Shown: positions 26,276-39,830, counted from the stretch's first letter. The stretch is 64,000 nt of DNA from Eledone cirrhosa (GCA_964016885.1 OZ024740.1:360654001-360718000), one strand, 5' to 3'. Notes: a model not told the origin generated them from the letters alone. Numbers and translations are program-made.

Positions 26276-26655
26276 AGCCTACTAATGAAATGTCCGAATT
26301 AAGTGCTAATTTGGCAGAGCTCTCTGACTCTGAAACAGAACTTCAGGCGCTGACCTCGGATTTTGTTGATGAAATCCTTGCAAAAGCTGTTAACTTTGTT
26401 CACGAAACACATTGCCCCAGCTGTAATGCTTACATTACCTCCAATTTGATCTCAAAAAACCAGTGTCCCTGTTGTGATAAATTTATTGATGAGTTTGTTG
26501 GATACGCTATAAAGAATGTCAAAGAAAAGCTAGAGGCTGAAGATGGACGAAATTATATTTTCAATGAGTATAAGCAACCGGAAAATATTACTTGGTTCAA
26601 TATTGAGCAGTATTCAACTAATTTTGCATTGGGAAAGATTGAGCAGTACATTCAG
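26276..26655 (+). CDS. AKAP14: AKAP14 coding exon 2
   Basis: tttag|...MSELS...ENITWFNIEQYSTNFALGKIEQYIQ|gtaag; NIxW motif opens the AKAP28 domain. Confidence 0.88.
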
Positions 26656-27544
26656 GTAAGACTTTATACTTGCTCTTCATATAGAGAAATATTGACTAAT
26701 CCATTCAGGTTAGCAAGTTTAAGGAAATTTTACAACTGCACAAATCTTTGAGTAAGGTGTCATGACCCTGTGCTTGATACTCTCTAAGTCTGAGAAGTAT
26801 TTGCAATGGCTATTTTGAACATTTTATGATTGTTTTAAGTCTTTTAACCATCATTTACCATGTAAGTGCATATAGTATTTGACACAAAATGAAAACTTAC
26901 TGCACAAAATTAGATTTAAAATTATGCAAGCAAGAGTCAACTGAAGTGATTATTAAAATAATCATTGCATATAAGGCTTCATATAGAGGACTGTAGTAGG
27001 TTGAATTACTCATGGGCTGTTGAACAAAGAGCCTATGCTTGTCATCATATGTCCATTTTATATTGTTAACAAGGATTCAATGGATCTTCACAGATAAAGT
27101 CAATAATTAATTAGAGCTACTGACCTGTCAGATGGGTCAAGGGCTACATCTCGCTTACATATCTTCCTGCACTCTACAGGGTGCACCAAGTGCATTTTAT
27201 CACAGCATCAGCACTAGGGAGGCTGTCACACTTTTGGCATAAGTAAAGAGCCATATTAATTCTTTGTTTGGCAAGTTTTCTACAGCTGGATGTCCTTCCT
27301 ATCAACAACCACTTTACAGAATGGGCTGGGCAAGTTTTATCATGCCACCATGAGTCTTTCTTTCTGCATCACCTCCCCACATGCAATATTTTTCTGTACA
27401 TTAAGAACACCAATGTCACTAACTTCCAGTTAACAAGGAAGCAGAGATATAGTTTCTCAACCTGCTAAATATAGCAACCAAATCTAATGCTCAACTATTT
27501 CAACCGTTGTTATCTGTTCATTTTGTCTTCACTTTTTTCTTCAG

Positions 27545-27724
27545 ACCTGGGAATTCCATCCAAGCTGGCAATATTGTATTGACTATATGTCTACAGAAGA
27601 ATCTGAATTTGATTACCATCACAAATTTCGAGTTCGCTGGAGTATTGCAACTCGTTGCAAACCAATTCCTCGTGCAACTGCCTGCACATATTTCACATTC
27701 CGTGTTTCAAAGATTAAACCAAAG
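27545..27724 (+). CDS. AKAP14: AKAP14 coding exon 3
   Basis: cag|TWEFHPSWQYCIDYM...FRVRWSIATRCKPIPRATACTYFTFRVSKIKPK|gtatat, 180 bp; AKAP28-domain core. Confidence 0.93.
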
Positions 27725-28531
27725 GTATATATTTAATGTTCTTTGTTTGTTTGTTAACTCTTACATTTGAAATGTACAAGTGTAACATGGTGCCCTGACC
27801 AATCTAGAAGGATAGTACCTTGGAATTATATTGAACCTCTGTTAGTTTCAACAATAAGTGTTCCATTTGTTTGATCAATGGAACAGCCTGCTCATGAAAT
27901 TAATGTATAAGTGGTTGAGCATTCCGCAGACACATGTACCTTTAATGTAGTTCTCAGGCAGATTTAGCATTGTGTGTAACAAGGCTGGCCCTTTCAATTA
28001 TAAGTATAATCCATCTAATGGGCTTCCAAACAGTTTCTATCCACCCAATTTCATTTACAAGACATGGGTCACACCCAGAGCTATGGTAAATGATACCTGT
28101 CCAAGATGCAAAACAGGAGGATTAAACCAAGAACCTAATGATAGCAAATAAAACTCCCTAACCATTTGGCCATGCTGCATCTACTTAGGCTTATTAAAGT
28201 GGAGCAAGGTAATCAGGGCCAAAATACAGCAGCAGAATGAGTTTAAATTTATATATATACTAGCAGAAAAACCACCCTTCGGGTGGTTTTCTACTAGCAT
28301 GTGTAGTGTGTATATTGATATTATATGAAAGTATATATGCATGTAGATATGATACATCAAATAAAATCGTAATTGACAATATACACACACAAATATATGT
28401 ATATATACACACAAATATATGTACATATATACACACAAATATATGTACATATATACACACACATATATGTATATATACACACACAAATATATGTACATAT
28501 ACACACACAAATACATATGTACATATAAGCT

Positions 28532-29540
28532 TCTCAGGAAGCTTAATTAAGAATGTAGGATTCACATGCAGCAGCTGTGCTGAAACAGCAAGCAAACAGC
28601 CACAGGAAACAAGTACCACCAATCTCTGGGAGGGCCCTGTAGAAACAGTAGACAGCTTCTGCTACCTAGGTGACCGAATTAGCAGCGGAGGTGGGTGCTC
28701 AGAAAGTACAATAACTAGGGTAAGAACGGGATGGAAGAAGTTTAGGGAACTACTACCACTGCTAGCTGCAAAAGGCTTCTCCCTCAGAATGAAAGGCAGA
28801 CTATGATGCGTGTATCCGAACAGCGATGTTGCATGGTAGTGAGACCTGGGCGCTGAAGGTGGAAGACTTACGTAGATTAGAGAGAAACGAAGCCTGCATG
28901 CTCCGATGGATGTGTAACAGTAATATACGTGAACGACAAAGCATAAAGGAATTGAGAGAGAGACTGAGCATAAGAGGAATCAAATGCTGCGTGCAGGAGA
29001 GGCGGTTACGCTGGTATGGACATGTGATGCGTATGAAGGATGACAGCTGCATAAAAAGGTGCAGAGCACTAGAAGTTGATGGAAACCGCGGAGTGGGGAG
29101 ACCCAAGATGACTTGGGATGAGGTGATAAAAGCCGACCTTACCCAACTACACCTCTCAAAGTCAATGACACACGACCGTGACTTCTGGCGTCACGCAGTA
29201 ATACAGGGTACCCGACCTCCCATGGGTACATGCTGAAGCATATAAACAATATGCCCCCACTCCCCCCACCGCAAGGTGGTCGTGGAGGTGCCACGGCAAA
29301 AAAGCACCCAGCCCACACTGTAAAGTGGACGTGTAGGCACCACGAAAAAGCACCCAGCACTCACTGTAAATGAGGTTGGTGTTAGGAAGGGCATCCAGCT
29401 GTAGAAATCAAGCCAGATCAGTTCCTGTATGAGCAAGGCATGGTCAGCCGACCAGACACTGCCCACAACAGGACAACCCGTCTAACCCATGCTAGCGTGG
29501 AAGAACGGACGTAAAACGGTGATGATGATGATGATGATGA
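28532..29540 (+). mobile_element. 5'-truncated RTE LINE (family B), (GAT)n tail
   Basis: SFCYLGD...RLRWYGHVMR...GRPKMTW with one frameshift near 28803; near-identical to the reverse complement of 47422-48432. Confidence 0.92.
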
Positions 29541-29565
29541 CACACGCAAATATATGTACATATAC

Positions 29566-30353
29566 ACGAACTAAGGAAAAAATTAGAAATAAGAGGGATC
29601 AGATGTTGTTTACTCGAGAGAAGGCTACGTTGGTACGGTCACGTGATGCGCATGAAAGACGACAGCTGTATAACAAAGTGCAGGGCGATAAAGATAGACG
29701 GTAGCCACGGAGTAGGCAGACCCAGAAAAACATGGGACGAGCTGATAAATTCCGACCTCACACGCTTACACCTCTCCAAGACAATGTCACTGGACCGAGA
29801 CCTTTGGCGGTACTCAGTAATAGAGAAGACCCGCCTTACCTAAATACAAAGTAAAAACCTACTACAGTCAGTAGGCATCTCTATCAAAAGACCCCCCCTC
29901 CCACCACCTCCACCCCATCCACACCGCCCCTTTCAATGTACAGTTATGTTGGTCCCACAACATCCAGGCCGAAACAAATGAGATCGTGTAGGTGTCACGA
30001 CAAAAAACACACAGTCCACGCTGTAAATGTGGCCGTGTAGGCAACACGGTAAAAACCTCCCAGCCCCACACTGTAAATGTGGTTGGTGTTAGGAAGGGCA
30101 TCCAGCTGTAGAAAACCCGCCAGACAGTCCACGCTGTAATGTGGCCGTGTAGGCAACACGGTAAAAACCTCCTAGCCCCACACTGTAAATGTGGTTGGTG
30201 TTAGGAAGGGCATCCAACTGTAGAAAACCCGCCAGACAGTCCTATGCGAGCAAGACAACCACTCTTGCCTCAAGTGGGAAAACCCCCGTCCAAACCCATG
30301 CAAGCGTGGAACACGGACGCTAAACCTGATGATGATGATGATGATGATGATGA
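29566..30353 (+). mobile_element. 5'-truncated RTE LINE (family A)
   Basis: Almost identical to 2510-3293, including the 3'UTR tandem duplication. Confidence 0.93.
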
Positions 30354-30590
30354 CACACAAATATATGTACATATACACACAAATATATGTACATATATAC
30401 ACACAAATATATGTATATACACACAAATATATGTATATACACACAAATATATGTACATATACACACAAATATATGTATATACACACAAATATATGTATAT
30501 AGACACAAATATATGTACATATACACACACAAATATATGTACATATACACACACAAATATAAATGTAGACATACACAAATATATGTACAT

Positions 30591-30893
30591 GGAGGCACAT
30601 GGCTTAGTGGTTAGAGCATTGGCCTTGCAATCAAACGGTTGTGAGTTCAATTCTCAGACCGGGTGATGTGTTGTTTCCTTGAGCAAGACACTTTATTTCA
30701 CATTGCTCCAGTTTACTCACTGCAAAGTGGTCGTGGAGGTGCCACGGCAAAAAAGCACCCAGCACTCACTGTAAATGAGGTTGGTGTTAGGAGGGGCATC
30801 CAGCTGTAGAAATCAAGCCAGAATCAGTTCCCGTCCCACCCTTGCAAGCAGGGAAAAGCGGACGTAAAATGAAATGATGAATGATGAAATGAT
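30591..30893 (+). mobile_element. tRNA-derived SINE with CORE-like centre and RTE family-B 3' tail
   Basis: A box TGGCTTAGTGG, B box GAGTTCAATTC, CCTTGAGCAAGACACTT core; tail matches 29275-29420. Confidence 0.88.
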
Positions 30894-30913
30894 ACACACA
30901 CAAATATATGTAC

Positions 30914-31565
30914 ATCATTCATCATTCATTCATTCGTCGACTACTGTCGAGATGATGGATCTCACTCTCATGCCCCAGAATTCCCTGTCCATATAGTGTG
31001 GTTCCCTGAGGAACAGGAACCCTGGTGCAGTTAGTTGTGTAATCCATCATCTTTTCAAATAGCTAATAATGTGTGTGGGCGCCACTACTACACACATGTG
31101 AAAGAATTTGACAGCCAAGTCTTAAAGAAGGTGCTTTCTCCTCCGTGTGGTGGGTTACCCGGCGCCAGATACCAACCTGGCATTTATACCCTCGCCCTAA
31201 TTGTTCGTGTTGCAAGCACTAGAGTAGTTGCTAACCAAAGCTACGAACCCACTCTATCCATCTGGAGATACGTTGTACTAGCTTACCAGCATACTAGTAG
31301 CAGGAAGTTGACTTTTCCGGCACTGCAGCGCCTTTCGGCGGGCCGTGCTGGTTTTGGATGGCCATTGACTCCAAGAGCTCTTAAGAGCTCCCAGGAGTTC
31401 CTTTGCCCTTTGACAGGTTTTGTTTTTAGTCCTGCAGGATGTCCAAAGTCACCCTCCTCACCAAGAAATGTTGGTGGGGTTGCCGGTTTAGTCGCCAACG
31501 ACCCGACCATGAGACAGGTTGTACTGGGATACATGTTACCAGTAGCACCAACTGGTGACCTGACA
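30914..31565 (-). mobile_element. Short non-coding RTE-derived element (5'UTR-like head plus (GAAT/GAT)n tail)
   Basis: GC-rich 650-bp island inside a microsatellite; the minus strand ends ...GTCGAC(GAAT)n(GAT); the head resembles RTE 5'UTRs from recall only. Confidence 0.5.
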
Positions 31566-32510
31566 TATGTACATATACACACACAAATATATGTACATAT
31601 ACATACAAATATGTACATATACACACACAAATATATGTACATATACACACAAATATATGTACATATACACACACAAATATATGTACATATACATACAAAT
31701 ATATGTATATATACACACACAAATATATGTACATATACACACACAAATATATATGTACATACACACACAAATATATGTACATATACACACAAATATATAT
31801 GTACATATACACACACAAATATATGTACATTTACACACACAAATATATGTACATATACACACACAAATATATGTACATATACACACACAAATATATGTAC
31901 ATACACATACAAATATATGTACTTATACACACACAAATATATGTACATATACACACACAAATATATGTACATACACATACAAATATATGTATATATACAC
32001 ACACAAATATATGTACATATACACACACAAATATATATGTACATACACACACAAATAAATGTACATATACACACACAAATATATGTACATATACATACAA
32101 ATATATGTATATATACACACACAAATATATATGTACATACACACACAAATATATGTACATATACACACACAAATATATGTACATACACATACAAATATAT
32201 GTACATATACACACACAAATATATGTACATATACACACACAAATATATGTACATACACATACAAATATATGTATATATACACACACAAATATATGTACAT
32301 ATACACACACAAATATATATGTACATACACACACAAATAAATGTACATATACACACACAAATATATGTATATATACACACACAAATATATGTACATATAC
32401 ACACACAAATATATATGTACATACACACACAAATATATGTACATATACACACACAAATATATATGTACATATACACACACAAATATATGTACATACATAC
32501 ATAAATATAT
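31566..32510. repeat. Minisatellite, ~22-bp unit ATATGTACATATACACACACAA
   Basis: About 43 copies; the same unit occurs at 28380-28526, 29541-29565 and 30354-30590. Confidence 0.95.
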
Positions 32511-32524
32511 GCATACATAGCCAT

Positions 32525-32943
32525 GTGGAGGCACATGGCTATGTGGAGGCACATGGCTTAGTGGTTAGAGCATTGGCCTTGCAATCGAAAGGTTGTGAGT
32601 TCAATTCTCAGACCAGGTGATGTGTTGTTTCCTTGAGCAAGACACTTTATTTCACATTTCTCCAGTTTACTCAGCTGTAGAAATGAGATGATAGGGACTG
32701 GGGTCCGTATCATTCCACTGCAAAGTGGTCGTGGAGGTGCCACGGCAAAAAAGCACCCAGCCCACACTGCAAAGTGGACGTGTAAGTGTCACGGAAAAAA
32801 AGCACCCACCACTCACTATAAATGAGGTTGGTGTTAGGAAGGGCATCCAGCTGTAGAAATCAAGCCAGAATCAGTTCCCGTCCCACCCTTGCAAGCAGGG
32901 AAAAGCGGACGTAAAATGATGATGATGATGATGATGATGATGA
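32525..32943 (+). mobile_element. tRNA-derived SINE, longer copy of the 30591 family (partial copy also at ~18400-18635)
   Basis: Same A/B boxes, core and RTE-type tail, ending in (GAT)n; the first 18 bp are duplicated. Confidence 0.88.
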
Positions 32944-32949
32944 TATAAT

Positions 32950-33385
32950 CATTATCATCATCATTTTATGTCAGCTTTTGCATGCTTGGATGTGTTGGAT
33001 GGGCCTTTTTTAACACAGCATCCCTCTACTGGTTGAAGTCCTTCAGTATCTCTTCTGTAAGCTTCAGTGATTTGAGATCAGCTCTCACAACTTCTGCCCA
33101 GGTCTTTCTTTACTGTAGCTTACTTCCAGTGGGATTTCTTGGCATTTCTTCACCCAACAATCATCAGCTATATGCATCATGTCCATACCAGCTAAGTCTG
33201 CTCTCCTGCACACTACATTTGATTCCTCTTATACCAAAGGTTTCTCTCAGCTCATCCACACTTTGTCATTCATGCTCATTAACATTGAACATCCATTGAA
33301 GCATGCTTACTTCATTTCTCTATAACCTTCACATATCCTCTGTATTCATTGCTCATGTCTTACTACCATGCTACATTGTGTATTG
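32950..33385 (-). mobile_element. Old RTE 3' fragment
   Basis: Degenerate match to the RNEASMLxW...RLxWYGH region. Confidence 0.75.
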
Positions 33386-33400
33386 CACACACACACACAG

Positions 33401-33401
<1 letters not shown>

Positions 33402-33439
<38 letters not shown>

Positions 33440-36400
33440 TTTACATCCCTGCTTGCAAGGGTGGGATGGGTCCTATTCAGCACAGCATCTCTCCACTTGT
33501 CACGGTCCTTCGTTATCTCCACCGTGAGCTTCAGCGATCTGAGGTTTGCTCTCACCACCTCCACCCATGTTTTTCGTGGTCTTCCTCTACTACGTCTTCC
33601 TTCAACTGGCATTTCTTCTTCACCCAGCGGTCACCCTCCATGCGCATCACATGTCCAAACAATTGCAATCTCCTCTCCCGCACACTACAATTTATCCCTC
33701 TCAAATACAGTCTCTCTCTCATCCATGCTTCTTCGTTCACGCACACTGACATTGCACATCCAATGGAGCATGCTTGCCTCATTTCTCTCCAGCCATTGAA
33801 TATCCTCTGCAGTTGCTGCCCATGTCTCACTACCATGCAGCATCGCGCACCTCTCACAGGCATCGTATAACCAACCTTTCATACGGAGGGACAAACTCTT
33901 CTTTATCAGCAGTGGAAGCAGCTCCCTAAACTTCTTCCAACCCACCCTTATTCTAGATACTATGGACACAGAACACCCCCTCCTATGCTAATCTGATCAC
34001 CTAGGTACCGGAAGCTATCAACCACTTCTATAGAACCCACCTGCATTTGAAAAACGTCTCTATCAATGCGACTTCTACTGTCAAATTTCCCTGTACATCT
34101 ACTGCATACGTAGTTTCGCTACCTGTTAGTTTGCCTGCTATCCCACTACATCTCTTGTGTACCCAAGATCTGCATTGTGTACATTTTATAGAATTTCTGC
34201 ATATCGAACATGGCCATTTCCCTGACAGAATCAGAGTTTTGTCCTCTTTTCTACTCATCAATACTTTTGTCTTAGCTAGGTTCACTCTAAGTCCTCTTGA
34301 TTCCAACTGCTGTTTCCATAGCCATAATTTATTCTCTAGCTCCTCTACTGATTCTGCTATAAGAACCAGATCGTCAGCATAGAGAAGTTCCCATGGACAG
34401 CCAGTCTTAAACCTTTGTTATGGCTTGGAGGACTATAATGAACAAGAGTGGGCTGAGGACCGAACCCTGATGTACTCCTACTTGTATCTGGAATTCCTCA
34501 CTAAACTCCATTCCTACCCTCACTTTATTGACAGCACCTCTGTACAAAGCTTGCACTGTCCTCACAAGCCATTCCTCAACACCTAGTTTCCTTAGAGACC
34601 ACCAGATGACAGATCAGGGTACCCTATCAAAGGCCTTCTCTAGGTCAACAAAAGCTAAGTATAGAGGCTTATTCTTCTCTAAAAACCTCTCTTGTAGTTG
34701 TCTCACTAAGAAGAGGGCATCTGTTGTACTTTTCCCAGGCACAAAACCTCTGCATCTCATCTAGTTTGACCCTTTCTCTAATTAGTTGCGCTAATATCCT
34801 TTCTGCCATTTTCATAACCTGATCCATCAGTTTTATGCCCCTATAATTGGTCCTCTCCAGAGCATCCCCTTTGCCTTTGTAGCAATTTATGAGAATACTG
34901 CTGTCACAGTCTTTGGGTATGACACCGCCATATATAGCCTGATTGATGATGCGTGCAACCAGTTTAGTGCCTACGTCCCCTGATGCCTTCAGCAACTATC
35001 CCTGATGGTCCAGCGGCCTTACCATTTTTCATTTCCTTAATCGCCTCTTGGACTTTATATTCGTCAATCTCAATAGCTGGTCCCTCTGTCGGGTCCACTG
35101 GTGGTAATTTCTCTCTCTGCCATTCGTTCTCCACATTCATCAGTCTCTCATAATGACATTTCCAGGCCTCCTTTTTCTGATCATTCGTGACACTAAGTAT
35201 ACCGGCATCATTCCGAACACACTTATCTCCAATAACATCCTCATTTGCACTGACACACTGCCTTGCAATGTGGAACACCGCACGTCTCTGATCTTCCCGT
35301 CACAGAATATTGGCAAATCTCCTACTCTCAGCCTCCCTGTGTGCTAAGTGCACTTGACATCTAGCTTCTCTCTTAGCGGCTGTATATCCTTCTCTACTCC
35401 CACCATTTTTCTAAGCATTCCATGCTAGTCTTTTGTCTCTAATTGCGCTATCTACCGTGCTGTTCCACTACCAGGTCAATCTCTGTCTGGTTGGAGCTCT
35501 GCTCCAGCCATACGTTTCTTCAGTCATCTGCAGTAAGTTGTCACTAAGAAATTCCAGTTATTCATCTATGTTATAAGACGCTAAATCGTCTTCTTTTTCG
35601 TCATACACATCTTGAAGGACTTTCTTAAATTTGTATTTTAGTGAAAGGTCTTTTAGCTTCCAGACCTTTCTTTTCCACACCTTCCTGTATGTCTCATTCT
35701 GTCTCTTGCTTACTGAGATATCTTACTAACCTATGCTGTGGGGTACATTCTTCCCCGGGGTATGCCTTAGTATTTGAAACCATCTGCCTGTCTCGCTGCC
35801 TAACTAGCAAGAAGTCAATCTGGCTTATGTGCTCGCCTGATTTGTAGGTTATGGTTGTGGTTGGCAGGTTTCTGGAAGTTAGTGTTGCAAATGGTTAGTG
35901 CACTTGCATCACAAAATTCAAGAAGCCTCACTCATTTCTTGAGCCATAACCATGCCCACCATGTACCCCAGTGTAACCATCCTGGAGCTGTCCAACATGA
36001 CCATTGAAGTTCCCTGCTAGCATAACGATGTCTCCGTCCTCTGTCATTGCGGCTGTTTGTAAAAGTTGCTCATAAAAGCAGTCTTTCTCTTCTTTACCTA
36101 GGCCTGCTTGGGGAGCATAGGCAGAGATGATTGTCAGTAGTCTCCTGCCTACAACTAATCTAAGCTTAATTACTCGATTATTAACTTGAACTACCTCTAT
36201 TGTCTTATCGATCCATCTCTCAGCCAGTAAAATGCCTACTCTACCTAACCCACCCAGAAAAGCTTATAACTAAGATGTTTGCCTGCGATTAGTCTTGCAG
36301 AGGCACCTCTCCATCTCACCTCTTGCATGCAGCACATATCCACATGCCTTCTCTCCAGCATCTCCACTATTTCACCAGATCTACCTGTGAGAGTGCCAAC

Positions 36401-36990
36401 ATTAAGTGTGGCAACTCTGAGATGCGACGTCTACATATTCTTGTTCTTTTTCCTGTAATGCGATTGCTTGATGACGATAGGGGGTTCTCGCACATGGCCT
36501 CACCAGCCATCCCCCTACCATGCACAGCCCTAACATGGTTAGTGTTATTGCTGATTACGCAGTTGTTGCAATTCTCATTTGTTGTGCTCATAGTTTTTGG
36601 CAGTAGTATATATACTGGTTGGATGCCCTTCCTAACACCAGCACCACTTTACAGCATGGACTGGGTGCTTTTATTCGTGCTACTAGCACTAGAGAGGTTG
36701 TCTTACTGGATTCAGGGGCCCTATCCACCCCTACATGTTTTACAGTATGGACTGGGTGCTCTTATTTGTGCCACCAGCACTAGGGAAGTTGTCTTACTGG
36801 ACTTAGGGGACTTCTCTACCCCGCACCAATTTATTTGGAGTGGTAGCTCTCCTAGACGGGTTGCCTACATTACGACTTATGGAGCCTCCGTCCGCCCCTT
36901 GTCTGTTCTATGATATATTCACAAGAGAGTGGTTAGCATACAGCATCAGGAAGTATACCGAGTGTGATGTAGGTGGGGTGGGGCGGGTAG
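33402..36990 (-). mobile_element. Near full-length degraded RTE LINE (APE endonuclease, RT with PHD insert)
   Basis: Minus strand reads LRVATLNVGTLTGRSGEIVEMLERR..DMCCMQEVRWRG (36425->), SAYAPQ, GNFNGHVG, NCYKGKGDALER, YADD, GKWPCSIC..VHKRC; many stops and frameshifts; (GAT)n tail at 33402-33440. Confidence 0.9.
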
Positions 36991-37105
36991 GGTTTAAGTG
37001 AAAGCCATAATGGCTTATACGTACAAATTTAACACAAATTTCAACACAGTTTATAAATCACTTATATATATACAAATCTCATATACATATACAAATCTCA
37101 TACAT

Positions 37106-37156
<51 letters not shown>

Positions 37157-37287
37157 ACCGAAAAAGTTTGGAGATATAAATATAAGTTATCTTTACGAAG
37201 TTTTCACAATACATACATTTGTATGTGTAATGGCTTACACATACAAATTTAACACACATTTCAACACAGTTTATATCACCTACAAAT

Positions 37288-37328
<41 letters not shown>

Positions 37329-37363
37329 CTCATACATACATACATACATATATATATATATAT

Positions 37364-37610
37364 AGGTGTCACGACAAAAAAACACACAGTTCACGCTGTA
37401 ATGTGGCCGTGTAGGCAACACGGTAAAAACCTCCCAGACCCACACTGTAAATGTGGTTGGTGTTAGGAAGGGCATCCAACTGTAGAAAACCTGCCAGACA
37501 GTCCTATGCGAGCAAGAAAATCACTCTTGCCTCAAGTGGGACTACCCCCGTCCAAACCCATGCAAGCATGGAACACGGACGTTAAACGTTGATGATGATG
37601 ATGATGATGA
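37364..37610 (+). mobile_element. RTE family-A 3'UTR-only copy in (TA)n
   Basis: Matches 2935-3290 with a single (non-duplicated) unit. Confidence 0.85.
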
Positions 37611-38303
37611 TATATATATATATACAACCAACAAAGTTTGGAGATATAAATATGAACACTTATCTTTACAAAGTTTTCACAAGATATATATAGAAATCAT
37701 GCCAAAAGAGTTGAAAGGACTCTTCAGTTGTGTCTTGGGCACAACAACCTCTCTAGTGTTGGTGAGCTACACAATAAACTTATCCAGGACATGCTATAAA
37801 GTAGTTGGTGATAGGAAGCGCATTCTGCCTTAGAAAACTTGTCAAACAAAGAGTTGAGAGGCTTCTTCAGATGTGTGAAACATGATAACATTCCTAGTAC
37901 TGGTGCATAATAAAATGCACTCAGTAGATTGTGGGACCATATGTAAGCAAGATGCAGATTTCTGTCCTATCTGGGAGGTCAGTAGACCCCCTTCAGTATT
38001 AACTCAGTCTGTGAAGAAACTGTCCAACCCTTGCTAGCGGGGAAAGCAGATGTCAAATGATGGTGACACAAGATATTAACCTTTTCATTGCCATATTTCT
38101 AACGAAAAGCACTGGCTATGATTTTGAAAATAATCATTATTAAGCTGGTGTTTGGAGCATAACACCAAAGGTTCTTACATAAAATTATGATGGAAAGTTT
38201 TAGATAAATATAAACACTTTAAAACAAATATTTTTTTTTATCAAGAGGATTAACTGATCAGTGAAAGCGAAATAGAATAAAGTTTCATAAATTTTCATTT
38301 TAG

Positions 38304-38356
38304 AATTATCCAGTTGAAGTCTCGTTTGTTATTGAAACTAACCAGCTTGTTCATTG
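38304..38356 (+). CDS. AKAP14: AKAP14 coding exon 4
   Basis: tag|NYPVEVSFVIETNQLVH(W)|gtaag, 53 bp. Confidence 0.9.
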
Positions 38357-39830
38357 GTAAGTTTTAACTTCACATCTTACTTTCTGTATCTCTTACCTTC
38401 TTCATCTTCTCCTTCTCTCATTTTCCTATGGTTGTACATTCCAATGCTAATTATTCACCTCTGAAGGGAAAATGATATTTATTGTAGCTGGGGAACTTTG
38501 CTCAACTCTGTAAAGTAGCTGGTGATCAAACAGTGACAGTGTAGGGTAGAGAGAACTCTTCAGTATGTTGGGGCATATAACAAACTTTCTAGTGCTGGTG
38601 ACATGATAAAATGCACCCTGTAAGTGAATGATAATTGAACAGAGACATATAGGATAGAGACATCTCTTCAGTCTTTTTGAAAACATGACACACTCTCTAG
38701 TGCTGGTGACATGATAAAGTGAAGCCAGTACACTTTTTAACCTTCTGGAGGCTCCAGGTGCATTAAGTTACTGATAGAGTAATCTTCCCTTAATACATAA
38801 TGCAGCGTCAAGGGAAGCAATTCATAAAAATTTCTAGCATGCTAAAGGTAATGGTTGGTAATCAAACAGAGACAATTATAGAGTAGAGAAGACTCTTCAG
38901 GCTTACCTAGTACACGATAACCTCTCTAGTGCTGGTGACACAATAAATGCGCACAGTAAATTGGTTAGCATTAGGAAGGGTATCTAGCTATAGAAACCAT
39001 GTCAAAATATGAAATATATAAGCAAGATGCAGTTCTCTGACCTGTCTAGCCTCAGATAGTGATAACCTGACAACCCATGCCAACATGGTAAATGATGATG
39101 ATGACGATGGTGGTGGTAGCAGTGGTGATGGTGAGGAAGTTGATCTGTGAATAGGTCAATAGTATGGCAATCATTTGTAAGATTATAGTTAACTAATCTC
39201 AATGTGCCAGATAATGAACTGCTCTTCAAATGGTATTTTAATACAATAGAAGTACCAAAGCTGTCAATCACCAGGAAATGAAAGTGCATGTGGGTGCAGG
39301 CATAGTTTTGTGTTTGTGTGTGTGTGTATGAATCAAAGTTGTAGCTGCCATATAGCAGGTACTAATCGAGTTGTTTGAGGCAATCACAAGCACTCAATAG
39401 AGCGATATGTATGTATATATATGTATATAGCAAATTTTAACAGGAATGTGTGGTTGATGTATATATATTTTTTAAAGGAGCATTTCATACTTATATACTC
39501 CTCCGTCTTAGCAATGTTATATAGATGTAGTAGTCCTATTATAATTACCAGTTTAGCAGAGTTATAGAAATAGTGATGTAATAGTTATAGCGCCATGATT
39601 AACCAGTTTGGTAGAAAGTTATGATAGGAATATCGACAACGACTTTAGCATGTTTTACATTATTTATTAACAAAGGTTGAGCTGAGTAGAGCTGACATGC
39701 CAAGAGAAATAAAACAAATGAATTAAGATTTTCAGAAGGCACAGTCTACTAGCTGAAGTGTTGCCTGGCCGTCGTTATGTTGTTGTGTTACATATTGGCT
39801 AGGGATTTCACGGCGAAAGAAAAAATAGTT

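Noticed and set aside
30591-30662. tRNA gene candidates (also 32537, 59232, 55933)
   Set aside because: A and B boxes are present but there is no clean cloverleaf, and they continue into SINE bodies.
31035-32620. Multiple long YIHT/VCIC ORFs on both strands
   Set aside because: Minisatellite artefacts.
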